Origin: Eledone cirrhosa
Lineage: Eukaryota
Assembly: GCA_964016885.1 (NCBI GenBank)
Contig: OZ024762.1
Coordinates: 1,240,001 to 1,304,000 of the forward strand
Length of the DNA stretch: 64,000 nt
Direction: 5' to 3'
In this document: positions 58,101 to 64,000 of the stretch, piece after piece
How the letters are laid out: the number at the start of each line of letters is the position of its first letter
Numbering within the stretch: position 1 is the first letter of the stretch
Translations under genes and position numbers: made by a program
Notes under the pieces: model-generated
What the model was told of the DNA's origin: nothing
The model's database searches: none
Seen by the model: the letters and a program-made list of their open reading frames with translations, nothing else

Positions 58101-61100
58101 TAGACTCTAGTCAACCATATAGACTCTGGTACTTATTTTAGCATTTAAACCTGTCATATCCGGCGAGAATTCTCTCACTTCTTTCTATTCAAATTGTATT
58201 TTACCACAGAAATTATAGAGTTTTGTAAATGCTAAAGGGTTCAGTGTATTTCATTAGACATACACTAACGAAGCAGGACTAATTATAGTGATTTCTTAAA
58301 TATCCTCTCCTCTCTCTTTACAGTTCTTTGCTTTGAATGTCATGAGGTGCCAGCTGACACAGAATGTCTCCAGTGTGTTGTACCAATGTGTCATACATGT
58401 TTTAAAAAGGTGAGCACCATATACCAACACTACACTACTACCACCACTGCCACTACTACTACTGTTGATACTACGACTACTACTACTACCACCACCACCA
58501 CTATTGCTACTGTTGATATTATTACTACTACTACTACTACTACCACCACCACCACCACCAACACTACTACTACTATCACTACAACCACCACCAACACTAC
58601 TACTACTATCACTACAACCACCACCAACACTACTACTACTATCACTACAATGATCAACACTATTACTGTTACTACTACTACTCAGCTTACTGTACTTTAT
58701 CACATACAGTGAAGTCTGTGCTTCACTGTGGAGGTGTAATGGGGCGGAAACATACATAGAGTTATGTCCTAGAACATAAGGAAAAGATTAGTCATTGAGT
58801 CACTGTTCTTATCTTGCCATTGCCTGATTAAATATTTTTGCTTTATATTGAATATATTCATGCTAATTAATTAGGAGCTGCACATGTTTAACTCTTAATC
58901 TCCTGTACCACATGAAACCACATTAGCAAGACATTCTTGAAAAGTACAAAACAACATTGTGACTACATCACATTAAATATTAAAGTCTTTACTGTAATAC
59001 TGTAAATGTTCACAACAATCTGTCCACCAGTAAAGATACTATAAACATTTGGATTAACAAACCTGATTTTTAACTATTTTCTACTCAACAATTTCAGGAT
59101 GTTAATAGTTAAAACAAATATGTTTGATGTAATAGAATGTTGATGTTATTGTATTGTTTGATGTAATAGAATGTTGATGTTATTGTATTGTTTCAAGGTA
59201 CACAACAATTCTGTTGCTTTGAAAATGCACCAAACTGTTCCACTTGGTTCTGAGACTAATTCCATGTAAGTTTACACCTTTCTATCTTAAAATTGAAGAA
59301 ATAGATGTTCATCATCATAATTATTTAAACTTTAACCCATTACCATTTACATTACTCTATATATACTATTGTATTTTCACAGTAAAGGCTTTACCTTACA
59401 TAATATCGAATCTATGAGATTTTGATGTTATTTATTTTGAGAACAATACCTTAACATCAGAGTGAGTGGCTGATTACAGCTGGTTTAAACTGAAAAAGGT
59501 GAGAAAATTCTGGCCAGATATGGCCAGTTTAAATGTTAAAGGGTAACATGCTCTATGACTTTATGTCGTAGTAAAGTAGTCTCCCCTTACTACATAATAC
59601 AGTATCAAGGGAGGCAATCCATAAAATAATTCCGCTTGCTGAAGGTTAACGTCCCCTTTCCCTTTCTAGTAAGGGTTAGATGGGTTTACATAGACCAAGA
59701 CAGTACTGAAGGGGTCACTAACCTCCCAGACAAGCTGAGGGGCCTACATTCTACTTATGTACAGTCATACCTTCTATCAAGTGCAGAAGAGAAGTTGTGT
59801 CTAAAGGGTTCTCCTAACCCCTTGTTTAGGCAGGTTTTCTCTGGCCTGATGCCCTTCCTATCACAAACCACTTTACAGAGGGAGGTCTTTAGTTTCTCTC
59901 TTTCTAATTTCTTTCTTTTTAAAACCTTATAGGGCCCAGGGAGTAGACAAATGCCATGTCCACAAGAATCGGATCCTTGAGTATTACTGCCAAGATGACA
60001 AAGTGAATATTTGCTCGCGGTGTGTAATAATTGGTAAACACAAGGGCCACACCATCGTGGCTATTGAGAAAAATGTACGTCAGTTCTTCAATATTGTATT
60101 GCTAAGTTGACCCCTGATTTATTGTTGTTTGATGTCCCACATTATCAAGTGATATATTTACAAGTCGACCCCTAAATTTTGTTGTTGGTGTCCCACATTG
60201 TCGAGTGATATAAAGTGGAACCCCAGTTCACAAACTCCTCTCATCACGAACAATCTTTCCGAGCATAAAATGTCTCGAGTAACGAACACACAAGCCAGCA
60301 ACAAAGGTTGGAAACTAGCTGGGTGTATTGGTGAGAAAGTGTCACTTCCAGTGTAGTTAATTACTACGATGATATCTATCTCACTTTCACACTGAGTCTC
60401 TCTCTCTCTCACTGTGTTTCTCTCTCAACATTTCTTATGGAGGAAAAATAGTTTCGGTTTACAAACATTTCAAATGATCAACAGCCTTCAGGAACGAATT
60501 ATATGCGTGGACCGAGGTTCCACAGTATATATAGAGTTAGTTCCATAACAAATTAGCAAGCCATACTCAAGGACCCGTGTTTCATCGAGCAGATTTTCAA
60601 CCCATGTATGGCTGCAGTGAGAACATCATCACCATCATCATCACCATCATCGTTTAACGTCCATCTTCCAGGCTAGCATGGGTTAGACAGTTTTGTTCCA
60701 TTTGATGCAGAGACCATGTCTTGCTCACACGGAAGCGTCTGTGGCAGGTTCTTTTACACCTGGATGCCCTTCCTAACACATACATATATATGTTACGAAT
60801 ATTTCAGGTGATGAACGGCCTTGAGAAATGGATTGAGTTCATGAAGCGAGGTTCCACTGTATTTAGAAATTGATTTAATCATTTCTAACAGGGAAAGCAG
60901 CCATTAAACTAGGATAAGGGTCACTAATTGTTGTTGTTGTTTACTGTCTAATGATATCTTTATAAATTGACCCCTAATTTTTGTTGTTGTTTCAGAATGA
61001 AATTCTGCTAGACAGTTTGAAAGAATCCCTACCAACAGCTAGTATTGTGATAAACAAATTGACATCCTCCTTAAAGGTAACAACTTTTGAGCTTCTTTAT

Positions 61101-61118
61101 GTAACCATTTCACTAGTA

Positions 61119-61162
<44 letters not shown>

Positions 61163-63975
61163 TGTGGTGGTGGTAGTAGTAGTTGTGGTGGTGGTAGTAG
61201 TAGTAGTTGTGGGGGTGGTAGTGTTAGAAGTAGTTGTAGTAGCAGTGGTGGTGGTAGTAGTTGTGGTGGTGGTGGTGGTAGTAGTTGTGGGGGTGGTAGT
61301 GTTAGAAGTAGTCGTAGTAGTAGCAGTAGTGGTAGTAGCAGTGGTGGTGGTAGTAGTTGTGGCCGGTTTGAAGAGAAAGAGGTGTAGAAACCAAGCCAAA
61401 ATCAGTTGTGTGAGGGCAACACAATGTCACTTGACCTGGCATTTCTCACAACACGACATCTCGTCTAACCCATGCTAGTGTAGAAAAACTGACATTAAAC
61501 AGTTATGATGGTGGTAGTGATAATGATGGGGATGGTGGTGGTGGTGGTGGTGGTGGCAGTGATGCTGATAATAAGAGTTAACTAACGTGTGTCTTGTCTT
61601 CAGGAATTATGTACACAGTTACCAAAAGACAGAGAACATTTCACCAGTGTTAACAAAGCAATCCATGAGTATTTTCATTTCCTACATGCAAAACTACAAA
61701 CCAGGTGAGACCAATATATTTTCACTCTCTCATTATCTTCTCACATATTCTCCTCTTTCTCTCTCCTCTCTCTCATCTTTTCGCTCTTCTCTTCTATCTT
61801 CAGTTTTTTATCGTTTGTCATCTCTCTCCTGCCATCCTATATATGGCGATACTATATATATATATAATTAGGTAATTGGGGAACAAAGAATCAGTGTTGC
61901 ATTATATACATATTTAGTCACATATTACATATGTTTCACTGCCGATCAGCTCGAGGAATGATTGATTCTATATACTTCATGATATTACAGTATATATATA
62001 TATATATGTGTGTGTGTGTATATATATATACATACATATAAGTTTATCCCGGGTTCAATCGGGGGTAACCACAGTAAGTAAGGTACTCAATACATAGCAG
62101 AGTGTAAATATTTAATATAAAAATGGCTTCTACAGAACTTTCCTGATGATTTCTTCCGAATGAAACAGTTCTAGTCCTGTAGAAACCATGTCTATATTAT
62201 ATATATATATAGTGACGAGGGATATTATATTACTGGTATGGACTTATATCTTTGCTAAAATGTCTTCTTTCCATGTTGTCATATTGTCTTCCATTCTGTT
62301 CCAGAGAAATTCAGTTAATTGAAGAAACAGTTAAGTTATTTGAGGAGAGAAAGTCACAGTCTGAGGAATTGGTGAGTAAAGTTGGTGTTTTGTAGTAATT
62401 ACTAGTGTCAACTGAGTAGTTGATAGGTTAGTAAGATACTCTCATGGAATGACCAAATGAGGTTTATTTTTCAACATACGAGGGTTGGCTGAAAAGTTGA
62501 TAGTCTGACCAAGATACTCTCATGGAATGGCCTAATGAGGTTGTGGTGGTGGTGGTGGGGAAAGGTGTGATTATTCGAGACCCGAGATTAGATAGAAGAA
62601 GGTTTAGGAGATGTAGAAGGGTAACTTGTGTTACTGGAACAACTCAGGACCATTTCTTCATCTTTTTCTTATTATTTTTGTTCCCTACAGAAAAATAAGT
62701 TGACTGAAGACGTGAAAAAATTGGAGACTAATTTTAACTGTAAGTTGTTTAGTGTTGTTTTTAGTGTGTGTATATATGTGTGTGTGTGAGTGTATTATTG
62801 TTGTGTATGTATGTAAATCTGTTGTGTGTGTCAGTGTATTAATACATATATGTGTATGTATGTTTATATCTGTTATATGTAAATATGTGTGTGTCTGTTG
62901 TATGTGTGTGTATCAGTGAATCTGTTGTGTATGTGTGTGGTTGTTAGTGTATTATTATGTATGTATGTGTATATCTGTTGTTTGTATCTATGTGTGTGTG
63001 TGTATTATTACATCTGTTATGTATGCATGTGTATATGTGTAAGATTCAGTTTATGTAACCAATGTTGACTTGTTCCATCTTCAGCTGCTATTGAGATGTT
63101 CAACAACACCGAAGAAATACATGGCAGCATCTTAAATGTTATCAACACCATAAACAATGCCAAGTATATCCCCTCTTGTCTGAGATTGTCTGATAATAAC
63201 AAACCTCTCCAGTAAGTCTCATATAAATGTCTCTCTCTTGTGTAAAACACCTTCACACATATCTCTTCTTGTCTCACATTGTCTCAAAATAACAAATCTC
63301 TCCAGTAAGTCTCATATAAATGTCTTCTCTCTTGTGTAAAACACAACCTGATGAGTCTCTGGGCTCGATACAGACTTTAGACTTCAGATAAGTCTCCTTA
63401 AAGTCACACAGTCCTCCCTTTCCTCTATCTATAGCCCTGTATTTTTGTTCTCAGTACTGTGGCCTTCAAAGTTTTTGGGGATCGTAATTTCTCCAGAGAG
63501 TGTCATTTGAATGTCTGTCTTGTGTAAAACACCATCACAAATATCTCCTATTCTCTGATATTGTCTGAGAACTACAAATCTCTGTAGCGTCATTTAACCC
63601 TTTAGTTACCAACCCGGCCAAAACCAGCTCTGGTTCAATGAAATAAAACAACCCATTTTAAAGGTTTCCAATTTAAATAAAAAGCTTCCAACATAATTTT
63701 ATGGGCTCAAGACAGACTTTAGAGAAGTGATCCTAAAGGCACAAATTCCTCCTCTTGCTTTAAGTGGAGCCCTGTATTTTTGTTCTCAGTAAAGCAGCCC
63801 CTTAAAGTTGTTAAGGGGCCTCAGTTGTAATGTTTTGGGGTTTTTTTTTGTTGTTGTTTTTTTCCACTATCTCTTTTTCTTCATCTTCTTCCTCTACTTA
63901 AAGATTTCACCCCGATGAAGACATTTCTCAACTTATTGAAACCTTGGGACATATTCAGCTTGAGGAAGGCGACGG
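53809..63975 (+). CDS. RING-Bbox1-Bbox2-coiled-coil (TRIM/RBCC) protein, 5' part; best guess RNF17/Qin-like; continues beyond window
   Basis: Phase-consistent exons 53809-53860 ([12 protein letters not shown]), 56291-56403 ([20 protein letters not shown]), 57010-57113, 57944-58008, 58324-58409 (CFECHE..CLQC..MCHTCF), 59198-59265, 59933-60074 (CHVH..YYCQDD..ICSRC..HKGH), 60996-61076, 61604-61704, 62305-62371, 62691-62739, 63085-63211 and 63904-63975. Confidence 0.85.
55262..55446 (+). mobile_element. tRNA-derived SINE (representative; >15 full/partial copies e.g. 1267-1665, 6480-6625, 12500-12750, 14400-14540, 23288-23410, 25235-25325, 32085-32220, 37764-37895, 40805-41008, 47480-47850, 51098-51570, 54793-54977, 56555-56950)
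   Basis: A-box-like TGGCAGTATCAG, B-box GAGTTCAAATCC, core gcctttcatccttacggggtcgataaaataaagtacc, tail ggccttgtgcctaaagtagaaac. Confidence 0.85.
55456..55715. mobile_element. Fold-back element with hammerhead-like core; non-folded copy at ~15900-16060 (-)
   Basis: Arms 55456-55547 and 55559-55650; CUGACGA..GAAAC core begins at the loop. Confidence 0.7.
56291..56403 (+). CDS. RBCC gene exon (RING-HC second half)
   Basis: [38 protein letters not shown]|gtaagt. Confidence 0.88.
57216..57431 (+). mobile_element. Unexpanded ~215-bp member of the MITE family (also 40521-40802, 59332-59543)
   Basis: TTAA-CCCTTTA ... TAAAGGG-TTAA with a single unit. Confidence 0.8.
59933..60074 (+). CDS. RBCC gene exon (B-box 2)
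   Basis: [37 protein letters not shown]. Confidence 0.88.
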
Positions 63976-64000
63976 GTAAGTGCTAGTGTGTCTGTGTGAG

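Noticed and set aside
62125-62190. Intact hammerhead ribozyme
   Set aside because: Core present but stem I is not contiguous with CUGAUGA and stem II is weak; treated as degenerate

Overview
Eukaryotic, AT-rich, microsatellite-dense genomic DNA, most likely from an octopod cephalopod (inferred from a very abundant tRNA-derived SINE and the (TA)n/(CA)n landscape). Almost all long ORFs in the supplied track are tandem-repeat artefacts. Four spliced protein-coding genes were rebuilt by hand from GT-AG sites with consistent phases. (1) A 3-coding-exon BCL10-like CARD gene (+, 4696-6834). (2) A CCDC87-like gene with about 25 exons (-, about 42314 to 12226), including three consecutive microexons and a possibly optional coding repeat. 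(3) TRMO/TsaA tRNA m6t6A methyltransferase (+, 47105-51096), head-to-head with CCDC87-like and carrying a large Pro/Thr/Asn repeat linker. (4) The 5' part of a RING-Bbox-Bbox-coiled-coil gene, best guess RNF17/Qin-like (+, 53809 to past the window end). The most unusual non-coding signal is a set of about ten minimal type-I hammerhead ribozyme motifs in short (TA)n-embedded elements, several within long fold-back palindromes centred just upstream of the ribozyme core (Penelope-like/retrozyme-type). Also present are TTAA-flanked MITEs with an expandable 72-bp satellite, Vingi/L1-Tx1/RTE LINE remnants that seeded minisatellites, and intronic arrays built from duplicated splice donors. Family assignments come from recalled motifs, not database searches.
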